NCBI RefSeq assembly: GCF_013177435.1
Contig: NZ_CP053627.1
Span: 2,430,001-2,462,000, forward strand
DNA from: Xylella taiwanensis
Lineage (GTDB): Bacteria; Pseudomonadota; Gammaproteobacteria; Xanthomonadales; Xanthomonadaceae
Direction: 5' to 3'
DNA length: 32,000 bases
How positions within the stretch are numbered: the first letter of the stretch is position 1; the number at the start of each line of letters is the position of its first letter. The position numbers were made by a program, and so were the translations under genes. Below are positions 1-8,157 of this stretch, one piece after another. A model generated the notes under the pieces. That model was not told the origin of the DNA and did no database searches. It was given only the letters and a program-made list of their open reading frames with translations.

Positions 1-567
1 ATTTACAAGGCTCGCACCAACACCATGAGACCCTCTTCAGGGCGCCGTATTGAAACTTTCTCCGCCACAGATGCGCCAACGAAGGCGACTCTATCCGTGC
101 ATACAACACCAGCGCCACGTTCGAACGTAAATACTAAAGCCACCAAGACCGAGATACCGAACGGACAAACCAATGCGGACACCAATACGGCACTTCGCCC
201 AACAGCCACGAACGCACTGGCTGTAACGGCTCAACCAGTGATGGCAATGATGCCTTCGACAACGATAACTACACCACAAACCAAAGTCGTTCCAGCAACT
301 ACATACAACAACGAGCAAATCGAGACCAAGCACAAGGTCATTGCAAGGGAAGACGAAACAGCCCAACCACTACGAAAACCACGTATGCCGATGCAAACAC
401 CACTACCCAAGGTACTCGCTCCATCAGAAGACGAGACTCAGGCTCCATTCGTGGGAAATACCACCCGCCTAAGCGAGATTGCTAACACGACTACGACATC
501 GCAGCAAGACAAATCATTAGTTCGTACACAAAACAAAGAACACAACAATGACCACAATATCCTCTGA
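1..567 (+). CDS. Possible 3' part of a low-complexity Thr/Ala/Pro/Asn/Gln-rich ORF, or a recently inactivated gene; open at the window edge
   Basis: Frame 1 has no stop from nt 1 to the TGA at 565-567 (189 codons). The first ATG is at 25. By rough hand count, G sits mostly at codon positions 1 and 3 and rarely at position 2, which is a coding-like periodicity. The protein has no hydrophobic core and no domain I recognise. Confidence 0.3.
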   Translation: MYKARTNTMRPSSGRRIETFSATDAPTKATLSVHTTPAPRSNVNTKATKTEIPNGQTNADTNTALRPTATNALAVTAQPVMAMMPSTTITTPQTKVVPATTYNNEQIETKHKVIAREDETAQPLRKPRMPMQTPLPKVLAPSEDETQAPFVGNTTRLSEIANTTTTSQQDKSLVRTQNKEHNNDHNIL

Positions 568-1271
568 AATTGACATACTCGCTTCCAACCACACTCGCAC
601 GGCCACTGAAACAGTGCCACACCTCTGAAAACAAGTCGAAGCCCTAAACCTGCACTCTTTGCCATCTTACGATGGCAAAGGGCAGACTTAGATCATTGCC
701 AGCAACACAGACCATACGTTCAATCCCTGACACTTGAGATGCTTACATCAAGATTCTTGTTAAAGTTATGCCCACACCCACGATAAGTGGCGAATACAGA
801 TAGACAACGGCAACTAAAAGGTTTTAACTCAAAATTAAAGACAAGAAATGGAACACAGAATAGCTCTGTCTAATAACTACACACAGTAATGAAACAAACA
901 TGATCTACCAGATCAAAAGCGACGTACAAGATTTTCGAGAACATTACAGCTCAATCATCCAGTACAGCTCGCTTACTACCAAGATTGCACTAGTCAATAA
1001 GGTTCTCAGCTCGATGTGCGTACTACATGAGGCACACTAACCACATCCAGCCTGATCGATCAGACTGAAACCACAGTAGATCAACTCGGCGTAATTCAAT
1101 CAGCAATACGTGATACAGAAGATGCCGCAATCCAGCTCCTAGAGCACTCTTACCCGGAAAATTGTCGTGCACAGCACCTATATCATGCTGTTGAGTGCAT
1201 GTTCATCATCTACCTGATGAACATCATTGTGCGTTGGAAGAAAAAGCTGGATTTCGAATTAGATATTTTAT

Positions 1272-1919
1272 CTAAACTATATTTCCAGGAGCACCAAGTC
1301 CGTACTGCATGGCCAACCGCGCTAAGGCGATGGTATCCCTAACACCCACTTTAGCAAACAAACGCGCCTTATGCGTGTTGATGGTCTTAGCACTGAGGCA
1401 CAACCGCTTGGCAATGTCCTCCTGGCGCAGACCTTGGGTTAACAACAACGCAACTTCCAACTCACGCGGCGACAACATATCAAAAGGTGAACACCCTCCT
1501 TCCAGACTTGAGAGCACCAAATTCTGCGCAATGCTATTACCAAGATAGCGCTTACCCAAGGCCACATCACGGATGGCACACAGCAACTCATTAGCATCGC
1601 TGCCCTTACCGACATAACCGAAGGCACCAACCTCTAACAATCGCTTCGGCAATGGGCCGTCTTCCAATACCGAAACGATGATTACACGGCTACCATAATC
1701 ACCCTTGACCAACCGTTCGGTAATCTCTAGCCCACTCACCCCAGGGAGATGCATGTCGCATAATACGATATTCGGGCGTAGCTTACGGATTTGTGGCAGA
1801 GCCACCTCGCCTGTCTCCGCTTCACCTATCACTTCGAGATCCAATTCATTAGACAAGATCATCTTCATGCCGGCACGCACTAGAGCATGATCGTCGATCA
1901 GAAAAATCTTAATAGTCAT
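1272..1919 (-). CDS. gacA: Two-component response regulator, NarL/FixJ (LuxR-type HTH) family, GacA/UvrY-like
   Basis: 215 aa. The receiver has DD (IFLIDDH), the phospho-acceptor context NIVLCDMHLPG and a conserved K (YVGKG). The C-terminal LuxR HTH reads LSPRELEVALLLTQGLRQEDIAKRLCLSAKTINTHKARLFAKVG. It aligns end to end with GacA/UvrY as I remember them. Confidence 0.8.
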   Translation of the reverse strand: MTIKIFLIDDHALVRAGMKMILSNELDLEVIGEAETGEVALPQIRKLRPNIVLCDMHLPGVSGLEITERLVKGDYGSRVIIVSVLEDGPLPKRLLEVGAFGYVGKGSDANELLCAIRDVALGKRYLGNSIAQNLVLSSLEGGCSPFDMLSPRELEVALLLTQGLRQEDIAKRLCLSAKTINTHKARLFAKVGVRDTIALARLAMQYGLGAPGNIV

Positions 1920-2185
1920 CCTTGTGTCCCTGAATCATATAATTGTCTACCGATGCAAGCTATCCCAACGAATTTTTCAAATCAAACGCATTTGGGTAAC
2001 ATGCACATTAGTGCATACAAGACGCCACATCGCAGTTTCGGAACATTGATCAAACACACTGTTACACAGCGCCACCCAAATAAAGCCGCCGCAATAACTG
2101 CTTCGGAAACTGGCTATTTAGAATGCAACGACCACTGGAGGGCATGTATCAGGAGATACTGCGTTATTCATTAAGAAATTTCCGA

Positions 2186-2944
2186 TCATAGAGAGCTTGG
2201 CACGACCGGCACGTCATGCAACGGACGCAATTGTGTATCTAGTGCTACCCGCTCATCGAACACAAAGCAACGTCCATCGTAGCCTTCACCACCAACTTGC
2301 TCGAAGTAACCGAGGATACCGCCCTCCAATTGCAGCACGTTGTCCATCCCATTAGCGTACATCCACAACACAGCCTTTTCACAGCGAATCCCACCTGTGC
2401 AAAAGCTGACTACAGTGAAGTTAGCTAATAGGCCACGATACCGTGCTAGCGCCGTTGGGAATCCAGTGAACTTGGTGATAGGCAGGGTGATCGCTCCTGA
2501 AAATGTACCGTATGCAATTTCTTGCTGGTTGCGAGCATCGAGCATTACCAAACGCCGGCCACTATCATCGCAACCTCGACGTAGCCAATCACGCAACGTC
2601 TGCGCAGAGACGCTAGGTGCACGCCTTTGCAGCGGAGATACATTCGCGCAGTGGAAGCGGATAATCTCTGGTTTGACCTTCACTTTAAGGCGCGCAAATG
2701 GTGTATATGTGCTAAGGCTATGCTTTACCTGCAGCACTGCAAAACGCGCGTCAGCACGCAGCCAAGCATAGAATGCATCGATATCCACCTTCTCACCAGC
2801 GAGAAATAAGTTAATTCCTTCCTCGGCGATCAACACCGTCCCTTTCAGTCCCGCAATCTCCGCACGCACACGAATTTGATCGGCCAGTGTCTGTGGCTGC
2901 GCGATCGCGACAAAGTAATAAGCAGCAGTATTGATAATAACCAT
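2186..2944 (-). CDS. trhO: Rhodanese-domain protein of the UPF0176/YceA family (tRNA uridine(34) hydroxylase TrhO)
   Basis: N-terminal YceA-like region (AEEGINLFLAG) followed by a rhodanese domain with the active-site loop FCTGGIRCEK. I prefer the ATG at 2944 (MVIINTAAYYF) by homology to family N-termini. An upstream in-frame ATG at 2971 is the alternative. Neither has a clear SD. Confidence 0.85.
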   Translation of the reverse strand: MVIINTAAYYFVAIAQPQTLADQIRVRAEIAGLKGTVLIAEEGINLFLAGEKVDIDAFYAWLRADARFAVLQVKHSLSTYTPFARLKVKVKPEIIRFHCANVSPLQRRAPSVSAQTLRDWLRRGCDDSGRRLVMLDARNQQEIAYGTFSGAITLPITKFTGFPTALARYRGLLANFTVVSFCTGGIRCEKAVLWMYANGMDNVLQLEGGILGYFEQVGGEGYDGRCFVFDERVALDTQLRPLHDVPVVPSSL

Positions 2945-3899
2945 AGTGCGATTGTAACTCAGCTCCCACATCAGGCTCAGTGCGAAAGTGGACTTAGTTA
3001 GTAATCACCAGCATCTCGTTACAGTGATGACAGATGGGGATCTAACAAAAAATCTACTAACGAAAACAAACATGTTCGATTTGTATCGAATATCTCTCCA
3101 TCGGCACCTGCACGCAATACAATTTCTCTGATCAAAAATCGCATTAATATCTAAGAACATGACACAGCTAAAGCAGTTCGCGCGCCACCTGAACTTGATG
3201 ATTCTGAAGAAGTTGCAAAGTTACACCTGCGTTTCCAAAACCTAAATAAGTACAACAGAATCATGTTCTGACACAGAAAGTATCAGTGACTCATCTACGT
3301 GACAAGCCTCAGTAACTCTACAATCAATGATATAGCGTTTATTGTTGAAGCAGTTACAGAATAAGCAATGCAGGGCAACATGAAGACAATACTGCTGACA
3401 AGCAAAGCGCAAAACCCGAGCAAAGTTGGCGGCTTCCAACCTGCCTTTTCTGGAATGAGCCGATCATAACGCCCTCCAATGCTTGCAGCGGTGTCGTCCT
3501 TACTGCAACAAAGATTTTAGCCGCAGTACCTCCTCTCTGAAGTTTCACCTTACCCTATGATGATCTGCACTAGAAACCAACCGATACTCTCACATCTGCT
3601 TATTTATACAGCCCCGCAAACGTTTCAGCTCCTGGCTTGCAACACAAAGATACGCAAGAGTTATACAAATTAAAATTGTACCCACTCATATCCACACTAT
3701 TGCAAGAGCAACATAAATCACTCCAGCGGCAATTTAAATATAGATCGCAGCCCAAAGATGGCACCCTCATTTCAGATCACCTTCTGCACGTGAGTCTATT
3801 AATATCCAGGTCACTACTAAGCATCCCCAGCCACACTAGAATCAGATCGAAATTATTGACCTTGGCAAGGGAAACACCTGAAGTAAATCAACATCAGCG

Positions 3900-4620
3900 T
3901 TAACCAAGGAAACATGGCAGAACCTGTCTTACTCGTCTTTTTGCAGATGTTCCGAGCAGCTGGGTACAGATGCAACCACGCATCGTCAATTATTTTCTAT
4001 CGCATGACTAATACCTAGATTCTGTTCACGCAAGAAAACATGAATACGTACATCACTACGATGGTTTCCATATTGCATTCACTAGTAACGTGATGAGAAT
4101 TCCGTTACTAATCATCCGAAAAATCAACATCTTCCACCAGCTATTATCAAACGCAACTATTCGTCCAAATCGCTACTAAGCTATAAAAAGATGAAAGAAC
4201 ATTGTTTCTTGATACATCTACTGAAAGTGGCGGTGTCACACACATTCGCCGATAAAAGCACACTGATAGCTACACCAGTCGAGTGTCTGCGACAGCAAGT
4301 GCATATCATAGAGATTAGAAATAGAAGTAACCGAATCAGAAACAAAAAAATCTCAAAATCATCGTAACCTGTAACCACACATACCCACAATCTGAATTGC
4401 TGATCATTAATCGATGCAACCTCATTGAAGTTGATATTGACGCGAATTCAACAAAAAGCAATCCATAATACACAGTTGCGACAATCCGGTACCGAAGCAA
4501 CCAGTATGTCATTGGCCAGACACTCACGTATGTTGAACCTGGATGCTTCAGCCAATGTCATCGCACACCGCATCACCACACGGGTTCTCTGTCGCTATAC
4601 TCCATACCCTATCGAGGAGG
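3900..4620 (+). pseudogene. Probable decayed histidine-kinase catalytic core (H-box, N-box and G2-box relics in different frames) directly upstream of the intact receiver gene
   Basis: Three colinear motif-like segments sit at kinase-like spacing. KHGRTCLTRLF (3910-3942) resembles SHE(L)RTPLT.I. ADKSTLIATPVECLRQQVHII (4248-4310) resembles GD..RL.Q.L.NL..NA.K, about 113 codons after the His. SGTEATSMSLARHSRMLNLDASANVIAHRITTRVLCRYTPYP (4485 onward) resembles G.GLGL.I.....E.HGG.I.V.S..G.G..F.F.LP and ends at the receiver start. The frames differ and stops intervene. Each match is weak by itself. Confidence 0.3.
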
Positions 4621-4625
4621 ATGCG

Positions 4626-5024
4626 ATGTTGGCTTTACAGGGAATTCGAGTGTTAATCGTAGAAAATGACGCAATGAACACTATGCTTTTGGAAATGCAA
4701 CTCTCTCAAGCAGGTGCGTCGGTTATCGACTCTACGGCATTGATCAAAGATGCCATTGCGCTGATTGACCAGCAGCCTCCGGATATCGCAATCCTTGACT
4801 ACCGACTCGGCAACGGCCAAACAAGTAGCATGATCGCGAAGCGTCTCAGCGAACTAGACATCCCATTCGTTCTGGCAACTGGTACTCCTCCCGAATACAT
4901 CTCCAGTGAGTTCGCATCCGGTGTAATACTGACTAAGCCATATCTCACTATGGAATTGATCCATGCATTGAAAAAGGCTTACGAAAAGATCTCGCCTATA
5001 ACCACCGCACCCGAGTCTCATTAA
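4626..5024 (+). CDS. Single-domain (CheY-like, receiver-only) response regulator
   Basis: 132 aa from the ATG at 4626, preceded by a strong SD, GAGGAGG at 4613-4619. Acidic pocket VENDA, phospho-acceptor DIAILDYRLGNG, conserved T (LATG) and K (LTKPY). There is no output domain. The 199-aa track ORF starts at an upstream TTG and probably includes kinase-relic sequence. Confidence 0.85.
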   Translation: MLALQGIRVLIVENDAMNTMLLEMQLSQAGASVIDSTALIKDAIALIDQQPPDIAILDYRLGNGQTSSMIAKRLSELDIPFVLATGTPPEYISSEFASGVILTKPYLTMELIHALKKAYEKISPITTAPESH

Positions 5025-6324
5025 GAACAGTGAGCAGAAACGCCTTGTGTAGCACCATCCCGATGCCAACATACCGGCCTAATGCTACGAACTATAAGCA
5101 GTCTGAATTTAGGTGCCGCATTTTTTATCGAATGAGCCATAAATAACAACGATACACGTCATACATCCTTACATCCTGCTAAACCACATCATCACAGCGT
5201 CCAGATAAAGAATACAGAGAACCCCAGTATATTGGGCACTCTGCCGTACGTTGAACACCCCCACCTACTTTCAGATCACATCGGAGAAGCCCCATGGTTT
5301 GGAAGGAAATGGATACGTCTACGGGATACCGTAAATAACGCGCTTAATCTCAGATATAAATGACACTCCAGGAAAGCAAGCGATCAAATCGATGCAAAAA
5401 ATTCACAACCACGTTGTCATCAACTTCACCAAGCACCGTGACGATGCCATGCACAAAGTCAGGCTATCTCATCGAAAACTTCTTGCGAGTGGTCAAACAG
5501 TACCCAATCATATGTTATAAAAAAAGATAAACAATAAAGCCATATCATCATTCATCTCTTAAGGTTTTCTTAGATTATCCTTGATACATCCAGAACCCTA
5601 ACAGCCAATCCCCCGTTTGCATTCAATATTGCAGCATATGTTTGGATTGAGTCCGGAACATCGCACTCGAGTTGAACACACGATCACTGATCATCCAACA
5701 GTTCTTGAATCTAGGGCATGTTTACCTCTTCACTCATGCTCCACATCCACAAGTAAGTGAAGCAAACACGAGATCACTATTAGCAAGCTTGTCATCACGG
5801 GTGAAGACCCGATCAATATGCTGGATACGATTAAACAAACACTCGACCCAATTGCGCATGCGGTATCCTCCTGGCTATCTATAGTGGTTTCGGTCTGCAA
5901 CTCGAGCACGGCGCAACAACATCCTTGGCAACCCTGGATCGAACCTCTTCCATACCGGATATAACCCTGCTCGATCATGAAAATACGCTGATCACCATAA
6001 CCAATTCAAAGAGCATGGCAAATACTGAAGACTAACCCTTCGATACGCAGGCCAGACGAGCAAACGAAGCGATCACACACACACTGACAAACTACAATTG
6101 GCACACTGATCAATCAAAGATCATTGCCGACCGCAACTAATAACTAGAATTATCGTATGCAACCGATGCAACCATGCAAATAGGTGACATCACTCAGAGA
6201 AACGCCCTCCTGTTCTTAACGCCCCTACCCCACTCCAGAACATTCGAGACCCGTAAGAACAAAACATCAATGCAATCACACGATGATTCGAGCAGCTACG
6301 CTACCCACCCCATACCGACATGAA

Positions 6325-6354
6325 AAGAGCCGAGATCGCACGTTCCCGGCTCTT
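6325..6354 (-). terminator. Likely Rho-independent terminator of sodA
   Basis: The stem AAGAGCCG (6325-6332) pairs with CGGCTCTT (6347-6354). Read on the minus strand it is followed by TTTCAT, giving a run of four T with the stem end. It lies about 30 nt after the sodA stop. The loop is long (14 nt). Confidence 0.5.
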
Positions 6355-6385
6355 AGGGTGACCGAAAAATTTTGCCCGGAATCGT

Positions 6386-6997
6386 TCAGCTCATCGCAGC
6401 TACATAGCGACGTTCCACCTCATCCCAGTTAACTACGTTGTAGAAAGCATTAACGTACTCCGCACGACGGTTCTGGTAGTGCAAGTAATAAGCATGCTCC
6501 CATACGTCCAAGCACAAGATGGGAGTATTACCGTCGCACAGCGGGCTGTCCTGGTTAGCACTGCTCTCAACCACCAGGGTTTTGCTCGGGGTGACGTTCA
6601 ACCACGCCCAACCGGAACCGAAACGGCTGAGCGCGGCTTTGGTAAAAGCGTCTTTAAATGTCTCGAAACCACCCAGCTGCTGGTCGATCGCCTTAGCAAC
6701 CTCGCCTTTCGGCTTGCCGCCCCCCCCCTGAGCCATCACAGTCCAGAATAATGAATGGCTGGCATGACCACCGCCGTTATTGCGTACCACCCCCTGCAAG
6801 CTTCCCGGCAAGCTTTTCAGTGTGCGAAGCAACTCTTCGAGAGGCAAATCAGCGTACTCAGTTCCTTCCAACGCAGCGTTAAGATTGTTGATATAGGTGA
6901 GATGATGCTTGGTGTGATGAATTTCCATTGTCCGCGCATCGATGTGCGGTTCCAGCGCACCGTAGTCGTAAAGCAGGATGGGAAGAGTGTGAGCCAT
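6386..6997 (-). CDS. sodA: Superoxide dismutase, Mn type
   Basis: 203 aa. Metal ligands lie in HHTKHH and DVWEHAYY. The Mn-type signatures [13 protein letters not shown] and SANQDSP are present, where Fe-SODs have AAQ. Confidence 0.92.
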   Translation of the reverse strand: MAHTLPILLYDYGALEPHIDARTMEIHHTKHHLTYINNLNAALEGTEYADLPLEELLRTLKSLPGSLQGVVRNNGGGHASHSLFWTVMAQGGGGKPKGEVAKAIDQQLGGFETFKDAFTKAALSRFGSGWAWLNVTPSKTLVVESSANQDSPLCDGNTPILCLDVWEHAYYLHYQNRRAEYVNAFYNVVNWDEVERRYVAAMS

Positions 6998-7254
6998 GCG
7001 TTTCTCCTGAAGTCGTGCCGGCGGATACCGACGTTATGGTGAATAGTAAGGACGATAGCCACCATTACCAAGGAAGGTGATAGGAATACCACACTTCACT
7101 ACACACGCATCGTTCTAGAGGGGCTCCATCATCGTGCGATGGTTACCCTTTACATACACTAGGTACAAACACCAATGCTGCTTGTAGCCCCAGTATGCAA
7201 GCTAAAAAAACCAAGCTCCGTATATTCACCACTCTTCCTCTCCGATCCGAACAC

Positions 7255-7689
7255 ATGCGCAGAACATTCACACTCTCGGTCACCGTTTTACTACTGGTCG
7301 CCACCCTGTGGAGCATGCGCGCATTGCATACTCCTAAGACAGAGTTTGCGCTGGTACCACAGCACCCTCACGGCACAGCACACCCACCATCGCTACGCAC
7401 CACAGACGAGCTACCCGAATTCCTCCCCGCAGAAGCGCGTGCCATAGTCACACTGATCCAACAGGGAGGTCCGTTCTCTTACCACAAGGACGGCAGTATC
7501 TTTGGCAACAGGGAGAGGCTGCTACCAGCACGTCCATACGGCTATTACCACGAATACACAGTGGAAACACCAGGTTCTCCAGATCGCGGTGCCCGACGAA
7601 TTGTCACCGGAGGTGATCCGCCGGAAATCTGGTATTACAGCGACGATCACTACGCCAGCTTCCGCAGCTTTAAGATAGCGACGCCATGA
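7255..7689 (+). CDS. Secreted guanyl-specific ribonuclease of the RNase Sa / N1 / barnase superfamily
   Basis: The C-terminal ~95 aa (LPAEARAIVTLIQQGGPFSYHKDGSIFGNRERLLPARPYGYYHEYTVETPGSPDRGARRIVTGG...YYSDDHYASFRSF) aligns closely with RNase Sa as I remember it (FPYSQDGVVFQNRESVLP..YGYYHEYTV.TPG...RG.RRI..G...YYTGDHYATF). The ATG at 7255 gives a signal-peptide-like N-terminus, MRRTFTLSVTVLLLVATLWSMRA. The track start at 7195 would add 20 residues with no signal-peptide character. Confidence 0.85.
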   Translation: MRRTFTLSVTVLLLVATLWSMRALHTPKTEFALVPQHPHGTAHPPSLRTTDELPEFLPAEARAIVTLIQQGGPFSYHKDGSIFGNRERLLPARPYGYYHEYTVETPGSPDRGARRIVTGGDPPEIWYYSDDHYASFRSFKIATP

Positions 7690-8102
7690 ACGGCACCAAC
7701 CTCCGATTGGATCTCACCACCCCAAGAAGCTCCAGCGTTTATCGGGTTGCCTCGAGCGATCTGCCAAACTTAGCCGCACTAGCACGTGCATCCGGACTTC
7801 AGGTCACCCACGTGGACCTGCACCACTGTCGCAACAAAGCCGCTTTGCTGCTGCACTTGGCAAGCCAGCTTAGCTTTCCAAAGAGCTTTGGCAGCAACTG
7901 GGACGCGCTTGCAGACGCACTGCGCGACCTTAGTTGGATGGCTGCGCCCGGGGGGCAAGCACTGCTGCTGGATGGCATGGACACGCTGGCACACCAGGCA
8001 GCCGATACACACACTACACTCCTGGATATCTTTCACGAGACAGCCACATTTTGGGCCAGTAACAACCGGGTGTTTGTGGTCTTCGTGGCCGACACCGACT
8101 GA
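7686..8102 (+). CDS. Barstar-like ribonuclease inhibitor (immunity protein for the upstream RNase)
   Basis: The start overlaps the RNase stop in ATGA at 7686-7689. The region HCRNKAALLLHLASQLSFPKSFGSNWDALADALRDLSW...LLLDG fits the barstar pattern (..F...L...L.FP.YFG.NLDAL.D.L..). At 138 aa it is longer than classical barstar (about 90 aa). Confidence 0.72.
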   Translation: MNGTNLRLDLTTPRSSSVYRVASSDLPNLAALARASGLQVTHVDLHHCRNKAALLLHLASQLSFPKSFGSNWDALADALRDLSWMAAPGGQALLLDGMDTLAHQAADTHTTLLDIFHETATFWASNNRVFVVFVADTD

Positions 8103-8157
8103 TCCAAATAACCGGGCACACCACGTCGGATACCGTATGCCAGTACTGTATTCCCCT

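Noticed and set aside
2001-2016. Perfect palindrome ATGCAC-ATTA-GTGCAT about 85 nt upstream of the gacA-like start. Also the dyad CCTTGG-N13-CCAAGG (13625-13649) upstream of the sigma-54 element, and the 8-bp hairpin GTTCATCA-N6-TGATGAAC (1201-1222) after the gacA-like stop
   Set aside because: A simple expectation is 32,000 positions x about 10-15 spacer lengths / 4^6 or 4^8. That gives tens of 6-bp and several 8-bp inverted repeats by chance in this window. The 1201-1222 hairpin has no T-tract. These could be operators, UAS sites or a terminator, but sequence alone does not support that.
1309-2174. + strand ORFs antisense to the gacA-like gene or upstream of it (1309-1548, 1705-1890, 1887-2174)
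   Set aside because: The first two are antisense to a well-supported response-regulator CDS. The third spans the promoter region and has no SD or motif.
3759-3774. Second sigma-54-like element, TGGCAC-CCTCA-TTTCA
   Set aside because: The essential GC of the -12 element is missing (TTTCA instead of TTGCA), and no intact gene lies downstream.
745-5180. Search for a GacA-box (TGTAAG-N6-CTTACA) marking an Rsm-type sRNA gene
   Set aside because: Only isolated CTTACA half-sites are present (near 745 and 5168), with no matching TGTAAG half at the right spacing.
6074-6084. (CA)5C microsatellite
   Set aside because: It is short, and expected in strongly A/C-rich sequence. It is not notable on its own.
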